Positions 17,328-28,086 of a DNA stretch of 64,000 nt are shown in pieces (position 1 is the stretch's first letter; every line of letters starts with the position of its first letter). The position numbers and the translations under genes were made by a program. The notes below the pieces were generated by a model. The model was not told the origin of the DNA. It worked only from the letters and a program-made list of their open reading frames with translations, and searched no databases. The DNA is from Planctomycetales bacterium (GTDB lineage: Bacteria; 4484-113). The stretch covers positions 128,001 through 192,000 of the forward strand of contig JBBIRS010000001.1 in NCBI GenBank assembly GCA_037441675.1, written 5' to 3'.

Positions 17328-19983
17328 TATTTATCTAGAAGCTCTCGTAATCGTCACGGTTATGCCGTTATTCTTTTCTTGCGCTAGTGAAACTTCTGTG
17401 AGTGGCAGTAATCTTAGTTCTAGGGTTAATTATTCTCGACCTGGTGCCCATCCAATTGCGTCGGAACTTTCATCCCTAGACTCTGCGCTCAGGATTGGTT
17501 CATTCTATTTAATCTTTGGTAAGAATTCACCCTTGCGCGCAGAACTTGAGGAAGAAAATATAATTTTCTCTACCGTCTCAAGTGGCGAGCTTAGGATAAA
17601 CGTAGTCCAGAAAATTTCATCCCCACTTGAATTTCAGATTTTATCTGATGATGGTTTAGTCGCGGATTACGTGTCTGTGATGAACATTGATGAAGCCGAT
17701 CAGAGTACTTTTGGTGTTTTAATATCGGATGATAAGCGTGGTATTTCAGAGATTTATTTTTCGTCAGTAAGAAGGGCGGAAGTTCCTCCATCAACACTAC
17801 TTGTAATTTTTAGAAAGCAGGCTTCGCATGAAAGAAGTATAAGCTACAAGGTATTTGGCAACCCTGTGGGAAAAGCTTCATCCAAAGTCGTCTCTAGGGC
17901 ATTTGAAGGTTCTAAAAACCAAGTTACAGACCTTTCAGCCTCACCATCAGATGGCGGCTTTAGCCTCAGATGGAAAGAAAAAAATAAGGGTGATTACAAC
18001 AATGACGGGAAAGTGACAATTGCAGACGTTAGACCATTAGCTCTTCATTTTTTCCACACTTCTCCCTATAACGGAAATGAGCCAAGAGATGCGCTGGACG
18101 CATTAATTGATGGAAATGAGGATGGCGAAATCGACATTCAAGATGTTCAAGAAATTGCTCTGAACTTCTTTTCCTTCATAGCTGGCTATGATGTGTTCAT
18201 TGTTCCACTTGAGTCTATTGATGATGAAGTAACTGAGAAGGATTTTCTCGCAAGTGGCTCAATTGCCAATCCGTACGATCCCAATAATCCACGTCCCACT
18301 GTTCCTCGTAGCAACTTCTACACAGATGGGCTACCTCCAAGCGAATTAATAGAATACACCTTTAATTATCCACTTTCTCCGGGTATTTACGCCGTTGCAG
18401 TTCGCTCTTATTCCGATGAAGATGATAACTATGATAGCGTCCCATTTTCCAACTTTGAGAAGTTTGAGATTTCTTCACTGCCGGTAAATCAGCCTCCACA
18501 GTGGACAAACCCCTCGGAGCCTGGCGTGTTGAGTTTTACCTCCCTAGATGGCGGGGCTAGAATAACCTTTGGTGATTCTTTTGATCCTGACGGTGATGAA
18601 ATTATTTATAGAATTTTCATCAAGCAAGGACCATCACTTGATCCTTCTGACCCAACGGTAACAAGAATTGATGTTCTAAGAAGCGACTTGACGAGTACCC
18701 AAACACCCCCATTCACTTACGACGTAGGTGCTCTTGTTAATGGCTTATTTTACTCAGCAATGGTTAGAATTTACGATGCACATGGATTGGAAGAGAGCCC
18801 ACCCAACTCAGTTGTTGCAACTTTTGTTCCACATTCAAGTGCCCCAAATCCCCTCCCCTGGCCATACTTTAGAAAGGATGAAGCAAGAACAGGGTTAAGT
18901 GTGTTGAATTCTCTACATGAGCCGCTGGAGGAAGTTTGGCGCAGAACTTATAAGGATTTCGGGTCTTTTAGCGGTGCTTCACCAGTGTTGGATGAAGCAC
19001 TGGTTTATATAGCTTCCGTAGATGGCGCAGTTTGGGCTTTTGACCAGATTACTGGTGAGCTCAAGCTGAAACAAACTTTATCTCCAGGTTCAATTGAATC
19101 GACAAGCGCACTTTACGGCGATTACCTTATTCAAGGCGTGAGAGGCAGGTATCTCATCCTAACACGAGATGAAGATGGGGGTATGGTTCAGTTTTCACAA
19201 TTCTCACTTGAGAGTCCTCTCGTGGTTCATTCGTCGCCGGTGATTATTGGTGGACTCATTTATGCAGGCAGTAACGAAGGCGATGTTTATGCGTTCAGCC
19301 TAGACGGTTTTCAACTCTGGAGGCAAGACCTAGGAGTTAGCAGGATTTCTTCAAGCCCCACTACCGACGGAGAGTTCTTATACGTGGCGAACGACGAAGG
19401 TTTTGTTTTCAAACTGAGCTTGGATAGCGGTGAAATCGTAGATTTTTCCAACGACCTTGGGGATATTAGCTTTACTTCTCCTATCCCATTTCCACCTGAA
19501 AATCCAAGTTACATTCTAATCGGAAGCGACTATGATGGGCAGGGGGATAATGGTGTTTTTAGGCTTAATGCCCAAGATTTCAAGGATTCAGTCAAGCTTG
19601 CGACCAATCGCGGTATTAGGTGCACGCCGTTGGTTATCCAAAATGGCGCTACTACAACAGTTGTCGTAGGCGACTTCAACCCAGGGCTTGTTCCTGATCC
19701 AGAAACCAGGATTTACGCGTTTAACCTGGAAACTGGCGAAAAACTTTGGGAAACTCCTCCAACAACAAATATCGGAGGAGTAGTTTCATCTCCGGTTGCG
19801 ACGGGGGACAGAATCTTTGTAGCTACTGCTACTGGGTTACTCTATGTTTTTGATTATGATGGAAACCAAATGGGGCAGGCCCTGAATGTCGGAGGGGCAG
19901 TTTACACTACACCTGCGATTAGAGAAAATTGGATTTACCTCACGAATAGCCTAGCCGAGATAGTGGCTTTTAGAACCCAATAA
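17314..19983 (+). CDS. Lipoprotein with FN3/dockerin-like module and C-terminal PQQ-like beta-propeller
   Basis: Lipobox-like FFSC; paired Ca-binding loops GDYNNDGKVTIADV and DGNEDGEIDIQDV; WPYFRKDEARTG followed by SSP...YVA..DG.V.A.D..G...W repeats. Confidence 0.8.
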   Translation: MTRFSIYLEALVIVTVMPLFFSCASETSVSGSNLSSRVNYSRPGAHPIASELSSLDSALRIGSFYLIFGKNSPLRAELEEENIIFSTVSSGELRINVVQKISSPLEFQILSDDGLVADYVSVMNIDEADQSTFGVLISDDKRGISEIYFSSVRRAEVPPSTLLVIFRKQASHERSISYKVFGNPVGKASSKVVSRAFEGSKNQVTDLSASPSDGGFSLRWKEKNKGDYNNDGKVTIADVRPLALHFFHTSPYNGNEPRDALDALIDGNEDGEIDIQDVQEIALNFFSFIAGYDVFIVPLESIDDEVTEKDFLASGSIANPYDPNNPRPTVPRSNFYTDGLPPSELIEYTFNYPLSPGIYAVAVRSYSDEDDNYDSVPFSNFEKFEISSLPVNQPPQWTNPSEPGVLSFTSLDGGARITFGDSFDPDGDEIIYRIFIKQGPSLDPSDPTVTRIDVLRSDLTSTQTPPFTYDVGALVNGLFYSAMVRIYDAHGLEESPPNSVVATFVPHSSAPNPLPWPYFRKDEARTGLSVLNSLHEPLEEVWRRTYKDFGSFSGASPVLDEALVYIASVDGAVWAFDQITGELKLKQTLSPGSIESTSALYGDYLIQGVRGRYLILTRDEDGGMVQFSQFSLESPLVVHSSPVIIGGLIYAGSNEGDVYAFSLDGFQLWRQDLGVSRISSSPTTDGEFLYVANDEGFVFKLSLDSGEIVDFSNDLGDISFTSPIPFPPENPSYILIGSDYDGQGDNGVFRLNAQDFKDSVKLATNRGIRCTPLVIQNGATTTVVVGDFNPGLVPDPETRIYAFNLETGEKLWETPPTTNIGGVVSSPVATGDRIFVATATGLLYVFDYDGNQMGQALNVGGAVYTTPAIRENWIYLTNSLAEIVAFRTQ

Positions 19984-20106
19984 CAGTCAGCATTTTCAAT
20001 TACCGCTAACTAAATCGTGTAATGATACTCCTCATTTTGTAATAATGCCCTAAAGCTTTAAACTTTACTAATAGTTTTTTAGCCAATATACTAATAAATA
20101 ATCAGG

Positions 20107-20853
20107 ATGAAGTACGCTCTGAATGCGCTGGATTTTGTGGGTGGCTTAGGTGTGTATTTGTGGAGGACTTTATACTTTCTCGCCACAGGGAAACTTAACT
20201 ACAGACTAACTACTCGCCAAATGGATCTGCTCGGGATTAATTCAGTTCCCCTTGCTATGTTAGTATTAGCTTTTGTCGGGGCGACTGTAACTTATCTACT
20301 CGTTGAAGAACTTGGTAAACGTGGTCTTAGTTCTTACATTGGTGGATTTCTTCTCGTGGGATTACTGAGAGAACTTATCCCAATACTTACCGGGGTTGTT
20401 TTGGCAGGCAAGGCTGGAGCTGCAATTACTAGTGAAATTGGGTCGATGAAAATAACCTCGCAGATTGATGCCCTTGAAGCGCTTTCCACTGACCCACATT
20501 GGTTTCTAACCGCTCCCCGAGTAATAGCTCTTATCATCACAACACCTGTAGTGGGAACGTTTGCAGGTTTTGCTGGTTTTTATGCTGGCTACTTTATGGT
20601 TTACGCCAAGCTTGGTATGCCATTTGCGGGTTATGTCGCTAATATAGATAAGTTTGTAACTGATAACGACTTCTTTGCCTGTTTAATAAAGCTCATTATC
20701 TTCGGTGCCGTTGTAGCTATAACTGGCTGTTTTATGGGCTATCGCGTGGAAGGTGGCGCTGAAGGCGTGGGCAAGTATGTCACATTGTCTGTTGTCTTGA
20801 GTATAGTTTTAATCTTTGGCCTTGACCTTCTCTTATTGCCAGTACTATTTTAA
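20107..20853 (+). CDS. mlaE: MlaE family lipid ABC transporter permease
   Basis: [45 protein letters not shown]. Confidence 0.93.
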   Translation: MKYALNALDFVGGLGVYLWRTLYFLATGKLNYRLTTRQMDLLGINSVPLAMLVLAFVGATVTYLLVEELGKRGLSSYIGGFLLVGLLRELIPILTGVVLAGKAGAAITSEIGSMKITSQIDALEALSTDPHWFLTAPRVIALIITTPVVGTFAGFAGFYAGYFMVYAKLGMPFAGYVANIDKFVTDNDFFACLIKLIIFGAVVAITGCFMGYRVEGGAEGVGKYVTLSVVLSIVLIFGLDLLLLPVLF

Positions 20854-20854
20854 G

Positions 20855-21637
20855 ATGTTGGAACTTAGAAAAGTTAGCGCTGGCTATAATGGCCAGGTAG
20901 TCCTTAAAGATATTAACCTAAATGTCCCCGAGCAAAGCATAACTGCCATCATAGGAACTTCTGGCTCCGGCAAAAGCACTCTCTTGCGAGTGATAATGGG
21001 CTTCTTAAAGCCTTACTCCGGAGAAGTGCTCGTTGATAACGAAGACATAGCAAATAGTAGCCCCGCTTCAGTTGCCAAGCTTCGGGAGAAGATGGGATTG
21101 GTTTTCCAGGAGCTAGCTCTCTTTGATTCATTAACGGTGGAAGAAAACGTTGCTTTCTACCCACATTACCGCCAGAAACGCAAATGGAGGGAAGTTGTCC
21201 CCCTTGTGAAAGGGATACTAAAGGAGTTGGGTCTTGAAGGTTTGGAGAAGAAATATCCTTCAGAGCTTTCGGGGGGAATGAAACGGAGGGTTGCAATTGC
21301 CCGTTCTCTCATATATCGCCCAAAGATACTACTTTACGATGAACCAACAGCTGGTTTGGATCCTACAACAACCGCATTGGTTAACGACCTAGTTGTTGAA
21401 ATGCGCACCAAGTTCAAGGTCAGCTCCTTAATCGTGACTCACGATTTGGAAAGTGTTCTTAACATTGCGGATAATGTTTATCTACTATCAAATGGCACTG
21501 CCAGTTTTATTGGCGCTCCCATATCACTGCTTGTTAGCAATGACGAGCGGGTGGTTAAATTTACCGCCTCTTGGCGTAAGTATTTCAGAGAAATCCAAGG
21601 TATAGTTGAAAGAGAGGAGAGTGGAACCATCAATTAG
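20855..21637 (+). CDS. mlaF: MlaF-like ABC ATPase
   Basis: [53 protein letters not shown] at 20855. Confidence 0.92.
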   Translation: MLELRKVSAGYNGQVVLKDINLNVPEQSITAIIGTSGSGKSTLLRVIMGFLKPYSGEVLVDNEDIANSSPASVAKLREKMGLVFQELALFDSLTVEENVAFYPHYRQKRKWREVVPLVKGILKELGLEGLEKKYPSELSGGMKRRVAIARSLIYRPKILLYDEPTAGLDPTTTALVNDLVVEMRTKFKVSSLIVTHDLESVLNIADNVYLLSNGTASFIGAPISLLVSNDERVVKFTASWRKYFREIQGIVEREESGTIN

Positions 21638-21656
21638 TTAATACTAGGAGTGGAAT

Positions 21657-23000
21657 ATGAGAGGCATATCGGAACAGGTGAAAATTGGAATTTTTATTGT
21701 TATTGCGGTTGGATTAGCCTACTTCGGCTACAACTCAGTTATAAAAATTACAAAACCTAGTACTTACTCAGTTAAAGTTGAATTTAAGGATGCACGTGGA
21801 ATTTCAAAAGGGACGCCTGTGCGTCGGGCGGGAACCGACATTGGCTGGGTAGAAAGTGTTAGCCTTGATTCGGAAAGGGGAATCGCCGTTGCTGACGTTA
21901 GGATATTATCAAGAGCAACATTTCCCAAAGATGCCATATTCTACATAGTTTCGGAAGGGTTGATTGAGGAAAAGTTTCTCCTGATTCGTGATAGTCCAAA
22001 ACCCACTCCTGGACTTGGATACGCTGAGGAAGGAGATATTTTTCAGGGTGAGCTTGCCCCAGGCTTTACCGATATACTGAGAAGCGCAAACGAGGCACTA
22101 ATACAAGTAAACCGAATACTGAATGTAGCTGGCTCCTTTATGAGTGAAGAAAAACTGGGAGGAATAGTTCAGGAGCTACTTTCTGAGCTTAATTCTACTA
22201 TAGGTTCAGCGAGGGTAGTTTTGGAGCGAATAAGCTCGCTTCTAGGCTCAACTCAAGGAGATATAACCGATACAGTTAAAAATATTCAACAAGCCACTTC
22301 CGACTTGAGCGAGGTTTCAAGGGAAGTTAAGTTAGCGGTTCAACAGACCGACTTACCAAATAGAGTGGAAGCACTTCTTATGCAGATTGATGCTAGCCTT
22401 TCTTTGATAAATAAAATCGCCTCAGATATAGCAGAGCTTACCTCTGATGAGCAGTTCAAGGACGATATTAAGGGGGTTTTCCATGAGGGGAAAGAAGCTC
22501 TGACGGAAAGTAAAGAAACCCTAAAAACGCTGAGGGGAACTTTAGAGAAGGTGGACAAAAAGCTAGAAAGATTTGGAGGTTTGGGGTTTGAGGGAAAGTT
22601 GAATATTAGAAATGAAAGTACTCACAATAAGAGTAGAAGTGATAATGCCTATATTGATGTCAAAACGAGGGTAACTGTGGGTGAAAATAGCCTTGACCTC
22701 GGTGTAGAAAATCTTAGCGAAGACACCCCTGAAGACGCAGGAATGGTTCTACAAGTTGGAAAGAAAGCTGGGGATTCTATTCTTGTTCGTGGAGGGGTTT
22801 ATCGTGATGAGCTTGGAGTAGGTGTTGATCTTTTTGGTGGAGATTCTGTTTCGCTCTCATTAGATGCTTTTAATCTAAACAATCCCGCTCTGAATTCATA
22901 TCTCACTTTACCCTTTCCGCGTAGGTTCAAACTTCTCCTGGGAGTGGAGGATGTAGGAGACCGCAATCAATACAACGCAGGTATACAGGTGCACTTTTAG
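21657..23000 (+). CDS. mlaD: MlaD/MCE protein with long helical region and C-terminal beta-rich domain
   Basis: N-terminal TM, MCE motif FKDARGISKGTPVRRAGTDIGWVESV, about 170 aa of heptads, then beta strands ending YNAGIQVHF. Confidence 0.85.
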   Translation: MRGISEQVKIGIFIVIAVGLAYFGYNSVIKITKPSTYSVKVEFKDARGISKGTPVRRAGTDIGWVESVSLDSERGIAVADVRILSRATFPKDAIFYIVSEGLIEEKFLLIRDSPKPTPGLGYAEEGDIFQGELAPGFTDILRSANEALIQVNRILNVAGSFMSEEKLGGIVQELLSELNSTIGSARVVLERISSLLGSTQGDITDTVKNIQQATSDLSEVSREVKLAVQQTDLPNRVEALLMQIDASLSLINKIASDIAELTSDEQFKDDIKGVFHEGKEALTESKETLKTLRGTLEKVDKKLERFGGLGFEGKLNIRNESTHNKSRSDNAYIDVKTRVTVGENSLDLGVENLSEDTPEDAGMVLQVGKKAGDSILVRGGVYRDELGVGVDLFGGDSVSLSLDAFNLNNPALNSYLTLPFPRRFKLLLGVEDVGDRNQYNAGIQVHF

Positions 23001-23003
23001 GTC

Positions 23004-26000
23004 GTGAAAAAAAAACCTAAAATACCTCGCTTCATCATCATTCTGTTCTCGTTTCTACTCATACTTTCTTCTGTTCTCTTATACCTTCTTTGGCTGAAAG
23101 TTCCGAAAATATTGGAGGAGAAAACAAAGGCGCTGATAAACGATTTTGTGCAGAAAAGCGAAATTGGAGAGCTTAAATTCGATTCAATAAGCCTTAGACT
23201 TGCTTTTCCATCTTCAATTATTCTAAGAAATGTTGAATTAAGAATACCAGAGCAAAATGAATCGCTTCTCACTGCCAAATCAGTTAGGCTGAGCTTACCT
23301 CTCGTTAAAGTCCTAAGGGGAAAGTATCCAATCAATGTCAACTTAACTTTTGAGAAAGCAAAAATCACGATTCACTACTTTGGCAATGGTAAATTCAGCA
23401 TTTCCCCTATGATCGAAAGCTTGCTGAGAAAAAAGAAAAAGGTCACAGAAGTATCGAGTATTCGAGCGTCTTCTCAAAACTTATCTATGATAATCTTGAT
23501 GGATGAGGGTAGTTCTTCTGATATCTCAACTGCTATAAAGAATAATATTTTGCCTAGAAGGGCTTCCCTGCTAAAGAACTTAGACAAGATTTCTAAAATG
23601 TATCATGTAAAGTGGGAAGGGGGAGCGGTTTCAATAGTTGACGAACTATTAACGAGTTTGAGTTTTATTAAACCACGAAAGGCTGTTAACTTTAATCTCA
23701 CATTTAGCTTCAATCATATCTTCCAAACGGGAATGAGCTATGTTCACCTGCGTTTAACCTCTCCTGTTAAAGCTGAATTCAAATCAACCCTTTCCTTTAT
23801 ATCAGGGAAGTATGAAATCAACGGGAAAGTGAATGAGTTAATACCTTCAGATTTGCCATTGTCTCTTCCAAGAATTTTAGAAAAATCGATGGAAAAGACT
23901 GTCTTGTCTCTTTCCGGCGTTCAGATTAGTATTTCACCTAAAAAGAGAAAAGTGTTGTTTGATACTCTGCTAAAAGACCTCACAATTCCCCTTGGCGGTA
24001 ATAATGAGATAAAAGTGCCAACTATTACGGTAGTGAAAAAGGCGCAAGGATATTTTCTTAAAAGTAAGCTAAGCATAGTTGAAGGCATAGCTGATGTAAG
24101 TTTAACTTGGGGCAAAACTCCACTCCTAGCGCTTAAATTCAACGATTTTCCTTTCAGCAGTATTGCGAAATCAATCGGTGCCTTTAGTGTTGCCTCTATG
24201 GATGGAGAGCTAACGTTGAAAAAGACGAACTCCCAATGGTTGAGTAACCTTAACCTCAATCTAACGGACTTAGAAGCAGAGACTAAAAAAGTTTTGGACA
24301 TACTAGAACTAAAGGGTCAGGTTTCTAATCAATTAAATCTAAGGCTAAATGGTTTTAAGCAAAGAAGGAGGAATTTCTCCCTACTTGTAAGTGGTAATAG
24401 CAAAGCTTTCAAATATAAAGCTAGTTTCTCCTTCACAGGGGGGGAAATAGATTTAGCTCAAAGTATCCAATTAGAATTCCCTATATCCCTCTCTCATTTA
24501 CATGGGCTCACAGAGGGGGAGATAAAGATTTCTCCCCTTCGTATTGAAGGGTCATTTAAGGATACAAGGGCAGAATTTCCCGATTTTTCGGTTCTTTTAA
24601 GTAAGGGAGAAGTTTCAATTACCTCTCAAGCATTTTCGCTCTCACTCAGTGAAGGTGCGCTAATTTTATCTGCTCCATTCAAAGACCAGCATATCCTTCA
24701 AGAGTTGTTGCCCACAAGATTCAAATTAGCAGGTGGTTTCTTTGGAAGTAGAAAGAAGGATTCTTGGCAATTTGGCTGTAATTTATCTGGCGAAGGAAAA
24801 GGCTTGAAGTTCCCAATTAGATACAGACTTGAAGCTAAAGGCGAAGCCTCTGAGATAAAAACAAACCTGACATTTTATGGTTTTTTTCGTGATGAACCTC
24901 TTTTTGGCGTGGCAAACGCCATCGCTACTTTCGCTGGCTTAAAAGGCTTCTCCCTTGAGGGTAACCTTGGGAGAACAGAGTTTACCGCGTTTGGTGATAT
25001 TCCCATTGGCGGTTCATTAAATCTGGGCTTCAACGCACGTGGCGTGCGCTTTAACGTAAACAATGCAATTGTGAAGCAAATAGGGGAAGCAACTATAGGT
25101 GGGCAAGTATCAGGAACTTGGTCAAAGCCGATTATCTCCGCCATTATTAGTATTCCTAGGGTGTATCTTAGAGAGATAAAATCCGCCGATAAAGAATTTA
25201 GCCTTATACGAAACGTTAGCCTGCCAATCAGCTGGAATAATAATCAATTAACTTTTCACGAGGGCACCTTCTTTTATAATGGCTCTCTCTGTTACTTTCA
25301 AGGCATAGTTCAAGGGGGAAAGTCAGATTTCAGCATAACCTCACCAGCTTTTAGCCTAGCTCCTGTTTTGAAAGCGCTCTTCGTAAATCAAACATTTCAA
25401 TGGGTCGGTAATGGCGAATTTTCAGCTAGGATAATTTCTCAGAACTCTTCCACTATCTATAAAGCTTCCTTTTCGCAGAGAACGGGAACGTGGGAAGATG
25501 TTGGCATTAAGCGAGTGAACTTTCGCATAAGTGGCGATAACAACCATTTACGGGTTAGTCAAGGAGAGATTAATCTTGACAAAGGGGGAGCTAAAATCTC
25601 AGGCATCCTTTATTTTGGAAGTGGGCGAGAAAGTGAAGTCACTGCCATATTTGATGATTTCCCATTGTTCGCCGACTTGAGAGGTGCAATAGTCACCCCC
25701 TTCAGTGACATTAAAGGTTATCTCTCAGGCACTATTAGGCTAGCTAATGTTGGTGGTGAATTTCTTGTCTCTGGTGACGTTTCATTGCGCGATGCAAAAC
25801 TTCTTGGAACTAATTTTGATACGTTTAAGGTACGCTTTTTCCAGGAAAGAAATGGCGTTCAAATTGATGAATTAGTTCTTTTTAATAACGAGAACTACCT
25901 ACAAGGTTACGGCTTTTGGGGGGAGAACCCCGCAGATACATTGATAAACCTAGAGGTTCCCCTTATCAATATGGCAATCTTTTCGCCATTTGTTCCAGTT

Positions 26001-27650
26001 TATCTTTCCCCACTGGAAGGGAATTTTGGAGCAAATTTAGTCGTTAGACAGAGAAAAACTGGTGAAGCCGAGATAGTGGGAAGTTTCCAGAGCGCTGGAG
26101 AGCGGGTTAAACTTGCAGGAGTTGAATTTGACAGAATCGAGGGGAGACTGCGTTACTTTAACGGCGTCATTGAAGCTGATAACATTGCCTTAAGGATGGG
26201 TTCTTCTAACCTAAAGGCTAGTGGGTCAATTCCAATTGTCAAGGGTAGCAGGAATCTTCACTTGAGTATAGAAGCAAGTAAGCTAAGTGCTCAATCTATT
26301 ACCGAAACTCTTCACTATAACAATTTCAAGAGCGATGGTTATGTGTCTTTTAACCTATCAGTAAGTGGAAGCCTAGAACATCCAGAGTTTGCAGGGACAG
26401 CTCTTCTCAATTTGCAGGACGTTCGCATACTTGACTTAATTTCACTTCCACGGTTGGATGGTGATTTTCGGATTGAAGAAAATGAGGTATTTATTGATTC
26501 ACTCAGGGCTTATACTGCCACGCCACCCATAAACGTGAAAGATGAAGGAAGTTTTGCTGAAGTATCAGGGAAGCTTAAACTTGATCCGTCGCAGAGTAGT
26601 ATTGACTCAGCTAACCTCATTATTCAACTTGATGATACGAACTACATCAAAGTCAAGGGTTACATTGATGGCGGTCTTTCGGGTAGATTGCAACTGGTGA
26701 AGCTATCTTCAAAGGATGCCCCCTTGTTACAAGGTGAAGTAACGCTAAAGAAAGGCTCTGAAGCGAGAATACCTTCCTTACCGCTATCCGCAGTGCCAAT
26801 CCTTAATAAGGATGCACTGTTAGACATTTCACTTACCGTTGAGAAATCCAGCCTCCTAAAGTATCCAGCTGGCGCAATGGAGGCAGAGTTCTATGGAGCT
26901 CTCAAGCTTAACGGGTCTCTGTCCTCTCCACTAATCACAGGCGAACTTATCCTGCCATCTGGTTCAATGGTGGTTTATCATCATTTAGTTCGTCTTATTG
27001 AACCAGCGACCATTACATTTTCTCCCGGTGCTGGCTTTATACCCTTTATAACCGGTGTTGCGTCAACGCATATTCCGGGTGTCCTTGCAGAAACAGCGTC
27101 TCCTGTGGTAGATGAGGCAGCTTCCCATTTGCTACCTATGTTTCCCCATGCTGATTCAGACCTTACAATTTTCTTCCACTTCAACAACCTGCTTACAGAG
27201 GAATCTCTAAATGCAGTTCAGCTTTCATCTTCTCCTCCCCTTCCGCAGGAAACCATTCGTTCTTATCTTGTAGGCGAGATGCCGGGGCAGGTCACTAGGA
27301 GCTCGCTTGAAACATTGGTGGAAAAGGAGGCATTGCTCTTTTCTTCAAGCAGATTGTCCAGGTTCCTAGAGGAAACCTTAGAATTCAAAAGATTTGAATT
27401 GAGAGCCTATTCAACGCGGGAGGGTACTCCACTATACCTAAATGTTGAAAAGAATCTAACAAGTGAGTTATCAGCAAGGTATCTGCAGACCTTCTTTACT
27501 ACGCTTGACGAGAGGCAAGAACTTGCTCTCAAATACTTAATTAACAAGAATCCCGCTTATCGCTCATCTCTGGAGGTGTTATTAAGAAGAAGAGCTCAGT
27601 TACAGGAAGAATTTGCTATAAATGCTGAAATTGAACGAAAATTCAAGTGA
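23004..27650 (+). CDS. TamB/AsmA-like envelope-spanning protein
   Basis: 1548 aa, N-terminal TM anchor, glycine-rich beta repeats (GTWSKP, GSLEHP, GSLSSP), C-terminal LSSSPPLPQETI typical of DUF490; follows mlaEFD. Confidence 0.78.
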   Translation: MKKKPKIPRFIIILFSFLLILSSVLLYLLWLKVPKILEEKTKALINDFVQKSEIGELKFDSISLRLAFPSSIILRNVELRIPEQNESLLTAKSVRLSLPLVKVLRGKYPINVNLTFEKAKITIHYFGNGKFSISPMIESLLRKKKKVTEVSSIRASSQNLSMIILMDEGSSSDISTAIKNNILPRRASLLKNLDKISKMYHVKWEGGAVSIVDELLTSLSFIKPRKAVNFNLTFSFNHIFQTGMSYVHLRLTSPVKAEFKSTLSFISGKYEINGKVNELIPSDLPLSLPRILEKSMEKTVLSLSGVQISISPKKRKVLFDTLLKDLTIPLGGNNEIKVPTITVVKKAQGYFLKSKLSIVEGIADVSLTWGKTPLLALKFNDFPFSSIAKSIGAFSVASMDGELTLKKTNSQWLSNLNLNLTDLEAETKKVLDILELKGQVSNQLNLRLNGFKQRRRNFSLLVSGNSKAFKYKASFSFTGGEIDLAQSIQLEFPISLSHLHGLTEGEIKISPLRIEGSFKDTRAEFPDFSVLLSKGEVSITSQAFSLSLSEGALILSAPFKDQHILQELLPTRFKLAGGFFGSRKKDSWQFGCNLSGEGKGLKFPIRYRLEAKGEASEIKTNLTFYGFFRDEPLFGVANAIATFAGLKGFSLEGNLGRTEFTAFGDIPIGGSLNLGFNARGVRFNVNNAIVKQIGEATIGGQVSGTWSKPIISAIISIPRVYLREIKSADKEFSLIRNVSLPISWNNNQLTFHEGTFFYNGSLCYFQGIVQGGKSDFSITSPAFSLAPVLKALFVNQTFQWVGNGEFSARIISQNSSTIYKASFSQRTGTWEDVGIKRVNFRISGDNNHLRVSQGEINLDKGGAKISGILYFGSGRESEVTAIFDDFPLFADLRGAIVTPFSDIKGYLSGTIRLANVGGEFLVSGDVSLRDAKLLGTNFDTFKVRFFQERNGVQIDELVLFNNENYLQGYGFWGENPADTLINLEVPLINMAIFSPFVPVYLSPLEGNFGANLVVRQRKTGEAEIVGSFQSAGERVKLAGVEFDRIEGRLRYFNGVIEADNIALRMGSSNLKASGSIPIVKGSRNLHLSIEASKLSAQSITETLHYNNFKSDGYVSFNLSVSGSLEHPEFAGTALLNLQDVRILDLISLPRLDGDFRIEENEVFIDSLRAYTATPPINVKDEGSFAEVSGKLKLDPSQSSIDSANLIIQLDDTNYIKVKGYIDGGLSGRLQLVKLSSKDAPLLQGEVTLKKGSEARIPSLPLSAVPILNKDALLDISLTVEKSSLLKYPAGAMEAEFYGALKLNGSLSSPLITGELILPSGSMVVYHHLVRLIEPATITFSPGAGFIPFITGVASTHIPGVLAETASPVVDEAASHLLPMFPHADSDLTIFFHFNNLLTEESLNAVQLSSSPPLPQETIRSYLVGEMPGQVTRSSLETLVEKEALLFSSSRLSRFLEETLEFKRFELRAYSTREGTPLYLNVEKNLTSELSARYLQTFFTTLDERQELALKYLINKNPAYRSSLEVLLRRRAQLQEEFAINAEIERKFK

Positions 27651-27657
27651 GGATAGG

Positions 27658-28086
27658 ATGGAGACCAAATTCGAATACAGTGATTACTGCTTTGCTTGCG
27701 GTGGCTTAAATCCTCTAGGTTTGCACTTGCAATTCTCTTTTGAAGATGGCAAGTTAAAGACCGAATTTCTTCCCCATCAACAATTTCAAGGCTATCAAGG
27801 ATTGTTGCACGGCGGACTTGTTTGCACGATTCTAGATGAGTTGATGGTTCACTTAGTAACTCGTCTCTTTAGTAAGGTTGTGGTGACTGCTGAGCTTTCA
27901 GTTCGGTTCAAGCGTCCTGTGGAAGTTGGCAGATTACTAATTGCACAAGCAACTTTAATTAAGCATCGGAAGAAGGTTTATCATTGCACGGGAGAGCTCC
28001 TTGAAGCTGAAAACTCTAACCTTATCGCCGAGGGTAAAGCAATGCTGGTAGAACCTGCGTCACATACTGAAGTTAATGTATGCTGA
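27658..28086 (+). CDS. PaaI family hotdog-fold thioesterase
   Basis: CFACGGLNPLGLHL, QGYQGLLHGGLVCTILDE, TAELSVRFKRPV. Confidence 0.9.
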   Translation: METKFEYSDYCFACGGLNPLGLHLQFSFEDGKLKTEFLPHQQFQGYQGLLHGGLVCTILDELMVHLVTRLFSKVVVTAELSVRFKRPVEVGRLLIAQATLIKHRKKVYHCTGELLEAENSNLIAEGKAMLVEPASHTEVNVC

